Shown here piece after piece: positions 19,988 to 29,425 of a stretch of DNA of 64,000 nt. Both the position numbers and the translations under genes were made by a program. Each line of letters starts with the position of its first letter. The first letter of the stretch is position 1. The DNA comes from Planctomycetota bacterium (GTDB lineage Bacteria; Planctomycetota; UBA1135; UBA2386): the NCBI GenBank assembly GCA_947501605.1, contig CANMWZ010000021.1:8603-72602 (forward strand). The letters are read 5' to 3'. Under the pieces are notes generated by a model. That model had not been told where the DNA came from, made no database searches, and worked only from the letters and a program-made list of their open reading frames with translations.

Positions 19988-21327
19988 CGCCGCAAAGAGA
20001 CGATCGCCCCGACCGCCTCGAGGTCGTAGTCGGTGTAGGTGCGCAGGACGCCGCGCAACCAGAGCAGGGCGCAGCGATCGGATCGCCACCGCGGCACGAT
20101 CGGCCGCAGGTTGTCGACCGTGGAATCGCGCGTGACGGCCTCCCACAGAAACGTCGCGCCGGAGTCGCGCGTGCGACCGACGAAGAGCTCGCGGTGCCGC
20201 CGTCCGTCGGCCGCCGACACCAGCGGCGTGCCGGTCGCCGGATGCGCATCCGTGCTGAGGAAGACGACGTCCGGGTCGTCGGGGCACATACAGACGAGCC
20301 CGGTGTAGTCGTCCTCGCCGGCGTAGAGCCGCGTGCCGGCGAACGCGATCTCGTGCGCCACGAACCGCTGACCGTCGAAGCGCGCATACCAGTAGCGATG
20401 GTCGAGCCCGCCCTGCCCGCGCGGCACATCGCGCCCGTCCACCTGCACCGAGAACACGACGACCGGTCGCCCGGCCGCGTCGAGTTCGAGGTCGCACGGC
20501 CACGCCACCGCGTCCGGGCCACCCGCGAACACCCGCGTGCACTGTTGCGGACCGACCGTGCCCCACGAACCCAGCACCTCGCCGGTCGAAGCACACACAT
20601 CGCCAGTACCGTCGGTGGTGCCGTGATAGAGCCCGTTGTCGAAGTCGCGCGGATGCTGCTCGGTGACGACGAAGTGCAGCGTGCCAGCACGGCTCGCGTA
20701 CTTGACGTAGGGGCGCCCTTCGCCGGCGAGCAGGCGGCCCGCGTTGCGGAAGTCGCGGCCGTCATGGTCGCTCGCGACCAGCACCGTCGGATTCCAGTCC
20801 TCGGCGCGCGACAGGCACACCAGAGCACCGCCGAGTTCGTGCAGGTTGGCGTAGGTCACGCCGCGACCCCGCTGCATCGCGATGCGCGTCGAGACCAGGG
20901 GCAGGAACGACGTCGCGTCGCGCGGCCGTTCGCTGACGCGAACGTGCAGCAGGTCGTCCTTGCCGTGACCCGCGAAGGCCGCGACCACGCGACCGTCGGG
21001 CCGCAACCACAGAGCCGGCGCGTCGTGGTCATCGCGTTCGAACCGATCGAACAGCTCGCACGTGCGCGCTTCGCCGCTCGACAACTGCCACTGGGTGATC
21101 TGGACGTCGCCCTTGCGCGAAGCGTCGCCGCGACCGTTGGCGACCGAGCCGAACACCACCGTGTCGTCGTCGAGCACGAGCGCGCGTTCGTCCTGGAACC
21201 AGCACCAACCGGCGTCCTCGCACAGCACGACGGGCTGCAGGACGAGCGAACGGTCCGGCGACGACCATACCGCGCACGCAGTGAGCACTGCCGTCGCCGC
21301 GATCGCGATCCCCCAACCGCGCTTCAC
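19984..21327 (-). CDS. BNR-4 repeat-containing lipoprotein (beta-propeller)
   Basis: GTG start, LTAC lipobox; GWCWFQDERA, DDHDAP, TYANL, RPYVKY. Confidence 0.8.
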   Translation of the reverse strand: MKRGWGIAIAATAVLTACAVWSSPDRSLVLQPVVLCEDAGWCWFQDERALVLDDDTVVFGSVANGRGDASRKGDVQITQWQLSSGEARTCELFDRFERDDHDAPALWLRPDGRVVAAFAGHGKDDLLHVRVSERPRDATSFLPLVSTRIAMQRGRGVTYANLHELGGALVCLSRAEDWNPTVLVASDHDGRDFRNAGRLLAGEGRPYVKYASRAGTLHFVVTEQHPRDFDNGLYHGTTDGTGDVCASTGEVLGSWGTVGPQQCTRVFAGGPDAVAWPCDLELDAAGRPVVVFSVQVDGRDVPRGQGGLDHRYWYARFDGQRFVAHEIAFAGTRLYAGEDDYTGLVCMCPDDPDVVFLSTDAHPATGTPLVSAADGRRHRELFVGRTRDSGATFLWEAVTRDSTVDNLRPIVPRWRSDRCALLWLRGVLRTYTDYDLEAVGAIVSLRR

Positions 21328-22295
21328 GACGCGCCCGGGGCCATCGGTGCGAGCCAGCGGAAGTCGGTGTTGCCGCCGCTCAGGATCGCGCCGATGCGTT
21401 TGCCGCGCAGTTCGGGCGCGATCGCGCGCAGGGCCGCGAGCACCGTCGCACTGCTCGGTTCGACGACGAGCTTCATGCGTTCGACGAAGAAGCGCGCGGC
21501 GTGGAGCATCGCCTCCTCGGTGACATTCACGACGCGGACGCCACGCTGTAGCAGGATCTCGAAGTTGGGCGCGCCGAGCCCGGTCATCAGCCCGTCGGCC
21601 CACGTGCAGGCGTTCTCGACTCGCGGTTGCCGCGTGCGGGTCTGCATCGAACGCGCGGCATCGTCGACGGCGAACGGTTCGGCCCCGATCACGGCGCACA
21701 CGGGTCGCATCGCCGCGACGGTGATCGCCGTGCCAGCGCAGAGGCCGCCGCCGCCGACCGGGACGACCACGATGTCGAGGTCCGTAACGTCGGTGAGCAG
21801 TTCCATCGCCGCAGTGCCCTGGCCCGCGATCACGAACGGATCTTCGAACGGGTGCACCATCGAAGCGCCGCGCGCATTCTGCTCGCGCGCGCACACCGCG
21901 TCGCGATCCTTCGCGTCGCACAACACGACCTCGGCGCCGTAGCCGCGCACCGCGAGGATCTTCACCTCCGGCGCGGTCTTCGGCATCACCACCGTGCACG
22001 GGATGCCACGACTGCGCGCCGCGAACGCGAGCGCGGCACCGTGGTTGCCGCTGCTGTGCGTGATGACTCCGCGCGCGGCGCTCTCGGGCGAGAGCGCCAT
22101 CACCGCATTCATCGCGCCGCGCGCCTTGAAGGCGCCGCACTTCTGCAGGTTCTCGGCCTTGAAGAAGACGCTGGCGCCGAGTTCCGCGTCGAGGGTCGCG
22201 GAGGTGACGATCTGCGTGCGATGCACACGACCCGCAATGCGCGCTGCGGCCGCGCGCACTGCGTCGAACGTCACCGCCGTCGCCGCGAGCACCAC
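21324..22295 (-). CDS. PLP-dependent serine racemase / Ser-Thr dehydratase family
   Basis: KAENLQKCGAFKARG, THSSGNHG, PVGGGGL, EPSSA, LSGGN. Confidence 0.92.
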   Translation of the reverse strand: MVLAATAVTFDAVRAAAARIAGRVHRTQIVTSATLDAELGASVFFKAENLQKCGAFKARGAMNAVMALSPESAARGVITHSSGNHGAALAFAARSRGIPCTVVMPKTAPEVKILAVRGYGAEVVLCDAKDRDAVCAREQNARGASMVHPFEDPFVIAGQGTAAMELLTDVTDLDIVVVPVGGGGLCAGTAITVAAMRPVCAVIGAEPFAVDDAARSMQTRTRQPRVENACTWADGLMTGLGAPNFEILLQRGVRVVNVTEEAMLHAARFFVERMKLVVEPSSATVLAALRAIAPELRGKRIGAILSGGNTDFRWLAPMAPGAS

Positions 22296-22302
22296 TTCAG
22301 GA

Positions 22303-24435
22303 CTAGTGCGGTGAGATCTTCAGGCGACCGTTCTTGCGCTCGACGTCGAACAACTTGTTGCCGAGCGGCATGCCCTGCAGCTTGAAGTCCGGTTGGTCCG
22401 CCATGATCGGGTCGTCCTGAATCTCGCCGTAGCGGATCGCAAAGCCACCGGCGATGCGGAACGCGTTGTCGAGCACGTGGGCGTTGAGAAAGCGATGCAC
22501 GCCGCGGTAGCGCGAGCCGATGCCGGTCTCCGGGTTGTAGTGCTCGAACGAGTTTGGCGACTCGCTGCCCTCGATCGCACCCGACATCATCGTGATCGTC
22601 TTGCGCAACAGATCGCCGGCGAGCTTCTGCGCCTTCTTGTTGCCGCGCTCGGCCCACATCGTGAGGCCTTCGAGGATGTGGCAGTTCATGTTGGGCCACA
22701 CGCGACCATTCCACGGGCAGTTCTTGCGCGTGCCCTTCCAACGACCTGTCGCGTCGTAGTACGGATCGCTGATCGAAACGCTCGGAACCGGGTACTTGGT
22801 CCAGAACTCCTTGCGATCCCCGAGCGTGTCGAGCATGCGCTCGACCATCTTCGGGTTCGGGATGTCCGTCGCGAGGGGATAGAAGCCGACGGCTGCCTTG
22901 ACGTTGGTCTTGCGGCGATTGTCGGGATCGAGGTCCATGAAGAGCCCCGCCTTCTCGTCCCACATCTTGCGACGAATCGTGTCCTGGATCACCTCGACCT
23001 CCGCCTGGAAGCGGTTGGCCATAGCCTTCTCTTGGATCTCGTCAGCGACCTTGTGCAGCCACTTCACCATCCGGTAGCGATAGGTGCTCGCATCCACTCC
23101 CTTGAGGCGGAACTGCTCGAGCATCTCGACGGCGCGATCGGCCTTCTCGTCGATCACCGTGTAGCGCCGCGAGAACTCCTGTCCGGCCTCGAAGTGATTG
23201 ACGATGTCGGTGAGGCCACTGCCTTCCGGATCGCGGTTGTTGGCGAGCCACTTCACGTAGCGCTGCATCGCCATCAACACGGCCTTCTTGGTCGCCTTGT
23301 CGCTGTGGATCGCGTCGAGCGACTCGAAACCACCGCCCCAGTCGGCGTGATAGAAGTCCTGCGTCGTGCCGGCCATGAAGACGCGGCCCGGAACCTGGCC
23401 GTTGTGCAGCAGGTTGTCGAAGAACAGCTTGAGGCAGCCGCGCGCCAGCGTCGGGTCCTGGAGCCAACGCGCCTCGCGCATGATCGCGGGCGTGCTGAAG
23501 CTCGTCGGGACGTGGAACGGTCCGTTGCCTTCGCAAACGGCCGGCGAGCTGAAGTTGCCGGCCCCGTGCGGGGCGCGCAGCAAGTAGAGCAGTTCGAAGC
23601 GGTGCTTGACGACGCGCTCGAGCTCCTTCCAGTCGCACGAGAACTTCGGCACCTTCTCCCAGAAGGCCTGCCAGCTGTTCTCGTCCTTCGGATCGGGGCG
23701 GCGCGAACGGAAGTTGATGCCCTTGCCCTTGAAGATGACGTTCGCTTCGAAGCGATGCTGCGCCTTGCCGCCGGCCTTCAGCGGCACCACGCGGAACAGC
23801 CCGCAGTAGACGCGGCTGCCAGCAATGATCGGGCTCGGCTTCTCCATCACGCGCTTGGCGCGCGGCGTCGGCAGCTCTTCGAGGTCGTACCACGGGGTCT
23901 CCTCGTAGTCCGGCCGATCGCTGCCACCCTCGCAGAAGTAGGCCTGGAGGCAGCGGCCGCCTTTGCTGTCCGGCGACGAGTAATGAATCTCGACCGGGAC
24001 TTCGGGCTGGGCCTCGACCTTGAGGTTGCGGCGGATGCGATAGCTATCGCCTTCCAGACTTACGGGCTCACCTTCCGGGTCGGTCGTCGACCACATCACC
24101 ACGGTGATCTCGCGGTCTTCCTTGCCGGTGTTGTGGAGGTCGATCACGCTGACGAAACGGTCGTCCTGCGTGATCGAGCGACGCTCGACGACGCGCAGTC
24201 CGGTCGCGTCGACGTAGCTCAGGATGGCCTTGCCCTGCTCCAACTCGACCTTTTCCAGTTGCAGCGCTCGCGGCGCACCCTTCTCGACGAAGGCCAGGGC
24301 GTAGAGCGCGGGGAGCGGCGCGTTGGAGATGAGGACCTCATCTGCAAATCCCGGCGCTGTCTGGAAGCGCGGGAAGCGCGGAGCGCTCAGGCAGTAGCCA
24401 CCACCGGCGAGATCGATCTTTTTGTTATGGTTCAT
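22303..24435 (-). CDS. (alpha/alpha)6 glycoside hydrolase, GH63/MGH1-like
   Basis: LKGVDAS, MWDEKAGLFMD, FWTKYPVPS, WNGRVWPNMN, FEHYNPETG. Confidence 0.75.
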   Translation of the reverse strand: MNHNKKIDLAGGGYCLSAPRFPRFQTAPGFADEVLISNAPLPALYALAFVEKGAPRALQLEKVELEQGKAILSYVDATGLRVVERRSITQDDRFVSVIDLHNTGKEDREITVVMWSTTDPEGEPVSLEGDSYRIRRNLKVEAQPEVPVEIHYSSPDSKGGRCLQAYFCEGGSDRPDYEETPWYDLEELPTPRAKRVMEKPSPIIAGSRVYCGLFRVVPLKAGGKAQHRFEANVIFKGKGINFRSRRPDPKDENSWQAFWEKVPKFSCDWKELERVVKHRFELLYLLRAPHGAGNFSSPAVCEGNGPFHVPTSFSTPAIMREARWLQDPTLARGCLKLFFDNLLHNGQVPGRVFMAGTTQDFYHADWGGGFESLDAIHSDKATKKAVLMAMQRYVKWLANNRDPEGSGLTDIVNHFEAGQEFSRRYTVIDEKADRAVEMLEQFRLKGVDASTYRYRMVKWLHKVADEIQEKAMANRFQAEVEVIQDTIRRKMWDEKAGLFMDLDPDNRRKTNVKAAVGFYPLATDIPNPKMVERMLDTLGDRKEFWTKYPVPSVSISDPYYDATGRWKGTRKNCPWNGRVWPNMNCHILEGLTMWAERGNKKAQKLAGDLLRKTITMMSGAIEGSESPNSFEHYNPETGIGSRYRGVHRFLNAHVLDNAFRIAGGFAIRYGEIQDDPIMADQPDFKLQGMPLGNKLFDVERKNGRLKISPH

Positions 24436-24702
24436 GCCGCGATGAGGTCTGCCGTGCACTTTGGACGCGCACGAGCGGAAGACTCGTGTTTCGCCCTGGC
24501 GGAAGGGTCCGATTGGGCGACCCGTTGCAAGATGTCAAGTCCCTTGGAGTTACAGCCACGACTTCATGGGCGCAGCACCCACAGAAATCCGGTCGTGCCG
24601 TAAAACGCCGAGGGATGGAGTGCATCTTGAACACCTTCCCGCATCAGTCAAGCCTTTTCGTCCAAGCAGCCAGCGCCGAGACTCTCGCGACCCGCGGGCA
24701 CC

Positions 24703-25139
24703 ATGACGAACTTCCCGACCGCGCCCGAGGAACTCTGCGCCCGCCTGCGCGCCGCCAACGCCCACCGCGCGAAGCGTCCGGACCCCGAAGCGGAGGCGCG
24801 GATCGAACAGACTTTTGGCTGCTGCCGCCGGCTCGCGGCCTACGGCACACTAGCCCCCGGGGAACGAACCACGGCGAAGTCGCCGATCTCGGCGGCACGT
24901 GGCAGCGAGGCTTCGTCCGGGGCCGGCGCGGGCAACGCACGTTTCCGGTGTTCTCCTGGGACGAAACCCACGGACCGACCGCGGTGCTCGTCCTGGAGAG
25001 CCCGGCACTGGCTGCACGATGGCGAGCACTCGACGCGTTCGAGGGCGTCGATTACCGGCGCATCCTGGTCCCGGTGCACCTTCTGGACGGCACGCTGACG
25101 GTTGCAAATCTCTACGCCGCGGTCTTGCCGGTGCCGTAG
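24703..25139 (+). pseudogene. Gamma-glutamylcyclotransferase-like gene with 1-bp frameshift
   Basis: LAAYGTLAPGE in one frame continues as NHGEV...LDAFEGVDYRR in another; GAA CG AAC at 24862-24869 lacks one base. Confidence 0.75.
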
Positions 25140-25294
25140 CGAGACGACCTTCGGCGGCAGGGACACCGAAGACGGGGATCGGAAGGGCAGCAACCGGCTC
25201 TGTTCTCGGACGCCGAAGACGGCAGAGCACGGCGCCGCGCAGGTTGAGACTCGGACTCCGATTTCTGCTGTCAACGCCGCGCTTGCCCCCACTC

Positions 25295-26002
25295 TCAGCC
25301 CGCGCCGTCAGCGCGCAGGCGCGTCACTACGTCGGCGAGCTCCTCGGCCAGCGGATCGATCAACTCCAGTTGCTCGCCGCTCACGGGATGGAGCAACGAC
25401 AAGCGCGCCGCGTGCAAAAACAGACGGTCGAGCCCGTAGCGAGCGCGATACAGCGCGTTCCGGCGGGCCTTGCCGTAGCTCACGTCGCCGATCACGTGGC
25501 GTCCGCTCACACTCAGGTGCCGGCGAATCTGGTGATAGCGCCCCGTCGCGATGCGACAGCCGAGGAGCGCCGAGCGACGAAAGGTCTCGACCACCCAGAA
25601 CTCCGAATGCGCCGCACGCGCGATGTCCTTGTCGTCCTTCAACGGCTCGGTGCTGACCCAGCGCTCGCCCACTTGGGGCCGGCTGCCTGACCATCGCGCG
25701 AGAGCCAGATACTCCTTCTGCGCTGTGGCCGCCGACAGGCTCGCCTGCAATTGCGCGGCGAGGGGACGCGAGAACGCGTAGACGAGGATGCCTGATGTCG
25801 CGCGATCGAGGCGATGCACCGGGAACAGGAACTTGCCGAGCTGGTCGCGCACGATCTGCAGCACGGCCGGCGCGTCGGGATGCCGCTCGTCCCGATGCAC
25901 CAGCAACCCACTCGGTTTGCTGATCGCGACGATGCTCGCGTCCAGGTAGAGCACCTTCAGGGCTATCGGTGCGGGCGCGGCATTGCGCGGCTCCAGCGGC
26001 AT
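25295..26002 (-). CDS. RluA/TruC-family pseudouridine synthase
   Basis: KPSGLLVH, VHRLDRATSG (catalytic Asp), TGRYHQIRRH, LFLHA; start 26002 or 26041. Confidence 0.92.
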   Translation of the reverse strand: MPLEPRNAAPAPIALKVLYLDASIVAISKPSGLLVHRDERHPDAPAVLQIVRDQLGKFLFPVHRLDRATSGILVYAFSRPLAAQLQASLSAATAQKEYLALARWSGSRPQVGERWVSTEPLKDDKDIARAAHSEFWVVETFRRSALLGCRIATGRYHQIRRHLSVSGRHVIGDVSYGKARRNALYRARYGLDRLFLHAARLSLLHPVSGEQLELIDPLAEELADVVTRLRADGAG

Positions 26003-26171
26003 TGCCGGCGGCACGGCGGCGGGATCGGTAGGGTCGGTCACAGAGGCGAGACGCCGGGACCGGCGCCGGCACGCATCGGACCCCTTCACTGCGCCGGCCG
26101 CAACCGCTCCTTGTAGAGGTGGCGCTTGCTGCGCAGCGCCGCGAGCCGCTACACGAAGCCTCGTGAATCTG
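25705..26171 (+). repeat. Left copy (source) of imperfect direct repeat
   Basis: Segments 25705-25723, 25752-25887 and 26123-26171 recur at 48348-48542. Confidence 0.9.
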
Positions 26172-26320
26172 AGTTCGCCGCTCCGGTTGGAGCGCGAGGC
26201 AGCCGACGCCGGGGCTCTCCATCGAAGGACGCATGGGGGCTGGCGAGGTGCGAGCGTGTTGGCAGTCAGACTACTCGCTCTTCTGCCGCTCGACGTCGAC
26301 CGTTCGCGCGACCCAGCCCA

Positions 26321-26701
26321 TCAGCCCGCGGGCTTGGCGCGCAATCGCAGCGACCGACCCAACAAAGCCAACCCCACGCCGATCAACCCGTACACGGCAT
26401 AAAGACCGAACTCGAAGGGGAACAGCGAGTGCCCCCCGTGACGCGCGAGATCGACCGCGGCCCAGACCGGGAAGCCCGACATCGCCAAGAGACCCGCAAG
26501 CCTCGGCACTCCGAACAGCAGAGCTCCGGCCACGACCGCGAGTACGCCGCCGAACATGAGCATCGCAAGCGGCTCGTCCCCGAGCGGGTGGTGCTGCAAG
26601 TGGGCGAGGACGAAGGCGCCCACGATGCTGGCGAGCGCGACGGCCGCGATGCGCGGGAGCACGCGGACGTTCGACGCGGGTAGGGCCTTGGACGTGGTCA
26701 T
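26321..26701 (-). CDS. Hypothetical membrane protein (about 4 TM)
   Basis: 126-aa hydrophobic ORF, HSLFPFE motif. Confidence 0.7.
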   Translation of the reverse strand: MTTSKALPASNVRVLPRIAAVALASIVGAFVLAHLQHHPLGDEPLAMLMFGGVLAVVAGALLFGVPRLAGLLAMSGFPVWAAVDLARHGGHSLFPFEFGLYAVYGLIGVGLALLGRSLRLRAKPAG

Positions 26702-26725
26702 GGCTTGGTCGGCGGTGGCGAGTTC

Positions 26726-27673
26726 TCAGGTGAGGCGCAGCGCAAAGTGCGCGCACTCAGGGCTTCGCTGACACTCGGCTGCTCGCGCCACCCCAGCCCT
26801 CAGCGCCTTCCGGAACCTTGTCGCTCGAACAACATCGTGCGCCCGTGAATGGCTTCTGCGTCGAGATCCAGCAGGATTGCGTGCAGACGCCCGATATCGG
26901 GCGAACTCGTCGGCAGTGAGGTTTTTCGTCGCATCCCCCACCGCCTTGCTCGAAAGCGACAGGTAGTCATCGATCTCTGCCCTCCGATCAGCCTCCGGCC
27001 TGTTGTTCCAGTCGCGCAGTCGCTCCCAACGAGCTGCGGCGCGGGTTTCGCTCAGCATGCCGTAGACATCCGCAAGCTCTTGCCGCCTCTTCGTATCCAC
27101 CCATACAACCAGCTTGCCTTCCTGCCCGCTTCGAAGGGCTGCTGGACCGAGCTCTACGTATACGCAACCCTCGGGACAAGGTGGCGGGGCCTCTCCCACA
27201 GGGAACGTGATGTACCCACCGGAGCGGATCAATTCCTGCACGGCCTTGTAGAGGTACATGTCTTTGAGCGCCTCGATTTGGCTCCAAGATCTCTGAGCAC
27301 TACTCAAACTTGCATCCTTCTCCGAGCGAACAAGCTCCATGTCACCCCCGGCAATTATGTTGTCGCACACATTCGAAAGCCACCTGACAGCGTTCGGAGT
27401 GACCAAGCCCATGGAATGTACCGGTAGGTTCGCCGTGCCTTGAGCAACTGTGAGTTCTGAACTGACGCCACTTGGATCTTCCGAGGATTGGGACGGAGTC
27501 GATGCGGGGGCGCTATATCGAATCAGCCCTTGGCCATGCTCTGTTGCGGCGGCAGCCCACCTCTCCGGATCGAAAAAGACCAACTCGGACGGCTCCCGAT
27601 CTACGCGCGAGCACTGAATCCAAGTCAGCAGCAACGCGGCGAGAGCAACTAGAAGAATGGCCGGGGCGCGCAT
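26726..27673 (-). CDS. Hypothetical exported protein, atypical (lower-GC) composition
   Basis: MRAPAILLVALAALLL signal/anchor; visibly more A/T-ending codons; 3' end uncertain. Confidence 0.55.
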   Translation of the reverse strand: MRAPAILLVALAALLLTWIQCSRVDREPSELVFFDPERWAAAATEHGQGLIRYSAPASTPSQSSEDPSGVSSELTVAQGTANLPVHSMGLVTPNAVRWLSNVCDNIIAGGDMELVRSEKDASLSSAQRSWSQIEALKDMYLYKAVQELIRSGGYITFPVGEAPPPCPEGCVYVELGPAALRSGQEGKLVVWVDTKRRQELADVYGMLSETRAAARWERLRDWNNRPEADRRAEIDDYLSLSSKAVGDATKNLTADEFARYRASARNPAGSRRRSHSRAHDVVRATRFRKALRAGVARAAECQRSPECAHFALRLT

Positions 27674-28020
27674 CGAGGTCACTCTACGAGATGCTGTAGA
27701 CATCCTAGTCATGGGCATGAACAGGTCCCTTGGCATGGCCAAAGAGGCGGCCCGCCGAGGCGGCGGGACACCCATAGCGGGCCACGGCGCAGCCACCGAA
27801 CTTCGGGGCTGGCCTCAACCCAGGGGGTTTGCCGCCACTACATCTAAAAGAGCAGCCTAGGAGTCTGAGCCACGGCAGTCGAGCCGGGCGCCATTCGTGA
27901 ACTCAGCACGTCCGGATCACGTGGGCGATGTGAGCGGCTTCGGCGATTCGTGCGTCGACCAGACGACTTTGACCCTCAGCCGCGACCGCCTGTCGGCGCT
28001 CGTAGGTCTCCAGCGGCGAG

Positions 28021-28293
28021 TCAGACGGCCCGCCGCGAAGTGCCTGGAGCCGCAGCGCCGCGGAGCAGGCCCGCGACACTCAGATCCTCGTCCACTTCGG
28101 GCCAGTGGAGCCCCTGGCCATCGCCGAGGAACTTCCAGTTTGCACGCTGTTCCGGCGTTGCGTGGAGGAGGCGCGGAAACCAAGCCAGCGGAACACTGAG
28201 GCGGCGACCGTCAGCCAGTTCGACCGACAACTCGTCATCGGAGACCGCAGCGCCCACTGCGCGCGGGTCCACATTAGGCTCCGAAGTAGTCAT
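28021..28293 (-). CDS. DUF2442 domain protein (putative antitoxin)
   Basis: LADGRRLSVPLAWFPRL...GLHWPEVDEDLSV signature. Confidence 0.92.
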   Translation of the reverse strand: MTTSEPNVDPRAVGAAVSDDELSVELADGRRLSVPLAWFPRLLHATPEQRANWKFLGDGQGLHWPEVDEDLSVAGLLRGAAAPGTSRRAV

Positions 28294-28509
28294 GCCATGC
28301 CTCCAAGAACGGCTGCCTATGCTCGCTCACTTGCCGCTCGAGCCGCCGAAGTTGCTGGCCACTGAACCGGCTGGACGCGGCCAAGGATACCGGATCGAGC
28401 CAGAACTTGGCGAGTGCTCCCGCCTGCTCGATGTGGATGTGCGCCGGCTCCGACCCCTCGTTGGAGTAGAGAAGAACCGCGTCGAACCGATCCGCAGGAC
28501 GGTTGGCAT
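28274..28509 (-). pseudogene. DUF4160 domain protein (putative toxin), frameshifted
   Basis: MPTVLRIGSTRFF | YSNEGSEPAHIH...AKFWLDPV...EAWHDYFG split across frames; TTC TTC TC TAC near 28469 lacks one base. Confidence 0.85.
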
Positions 28510-28772
28510 CTCGTGCCATGGTAGCGAGAGCCTCGAACTGGATCGTAGATCCTCGAGGGATGCTTTCGATCGGCGACCGCACGTCATCCAACTCTGACAT
28601 GGCGCGATGTTCGGATCGGCGTACCAGGGAAGGCGAGCCCGTCTCTCGAGCTGACGAACAGCTTCCTGAAGTTTCGAGTGCTCGCTGCGCAGCCCGGCCC
28701 GCGTCACGCATTGCCTGACCGCACAGAGGGCGGCCCCCCTTCTCGACTCATACCCCACCGCTACGGCCCTAC

Positions 28773-29390
28773 TCAGCGCGCCAGTTCGCGATCGATCCGA
28801 TCGACCACTTCCCGATCGACGATCGCGTTCACAGCAGCCTCGGTCATCGCATCCGCCGTCACCTTGACGACGTGCCGATCGCGCAGCACGACCGTCACCT
28901 CGCCGTGGCCGTCCTTGAACTTCACGAGCGCACTGTGATCGCCATACTTCACGATCCGGCCGCCCGAGCCAACTACCCTGTCCGGGTCCTCGAGCAGGCG
29001 CGCGAAGGCTTGGACCAGCGGCGAGTCGGTCGAGACCTCGATGTCGAAGCGCGCGTCCTCCGTACCGCGATAGCGCCGCTCGACGTCGAGCCCGAGTGCC
29101 GCGATCTCCACCGCGAAGGGATCCTTCGCGGCGGTCGCGGGCGCGACGTCCTCGTGCGTGAACCCTGCCGGCGTCGGCAGGATGGCGAGGACCGCGGCGC
29201 GCTGACGTTGCTGCACCACGAGAATCGCATGCCGCAGCGCGGCAACCGTGGCGCCGCGCTCGTCGCGCGCGAACGCGCGCTGGGCCTTTTCGATCGCAGT
29301 AGTGAACTCAGCACCGTTCGACGCAGGATCCTGCCCGAAGGAAGCCGCCAGCAGAGCGACGAGGAGACCGACCGGAGCGAGCTTGTACAT
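28773..29390 (-). CDS. Hypothetical secreted protein
   Basis: MYKLAPVGLLVALLAASFGQD signal; directly downstream of the CcP-like gene. Confidence 0.7.
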   Translation of the reverse strand: MYKLAPVGLLVALLAASFGQDPASNGAEFTTAIEKAQRAFARDERGATVAALRHAILVVQQRQRAAVLAILPTPAGFTHEDVAPATAAKDPFAVEIAALGLDVERRYRGTEDARFDIEVSTDSPLVQAFARLLEDPDRVVGSGGRIVKYGDHSALVKFKDGHGEVTVVLRDRHVVKVTADAMTEAAVNAIVDREVVDRIDRELAR

Positions 29391-29425
29391 GGAGCAGAAC
29401 GGGCCGCGCGCAGCGGCCCGCGAGA

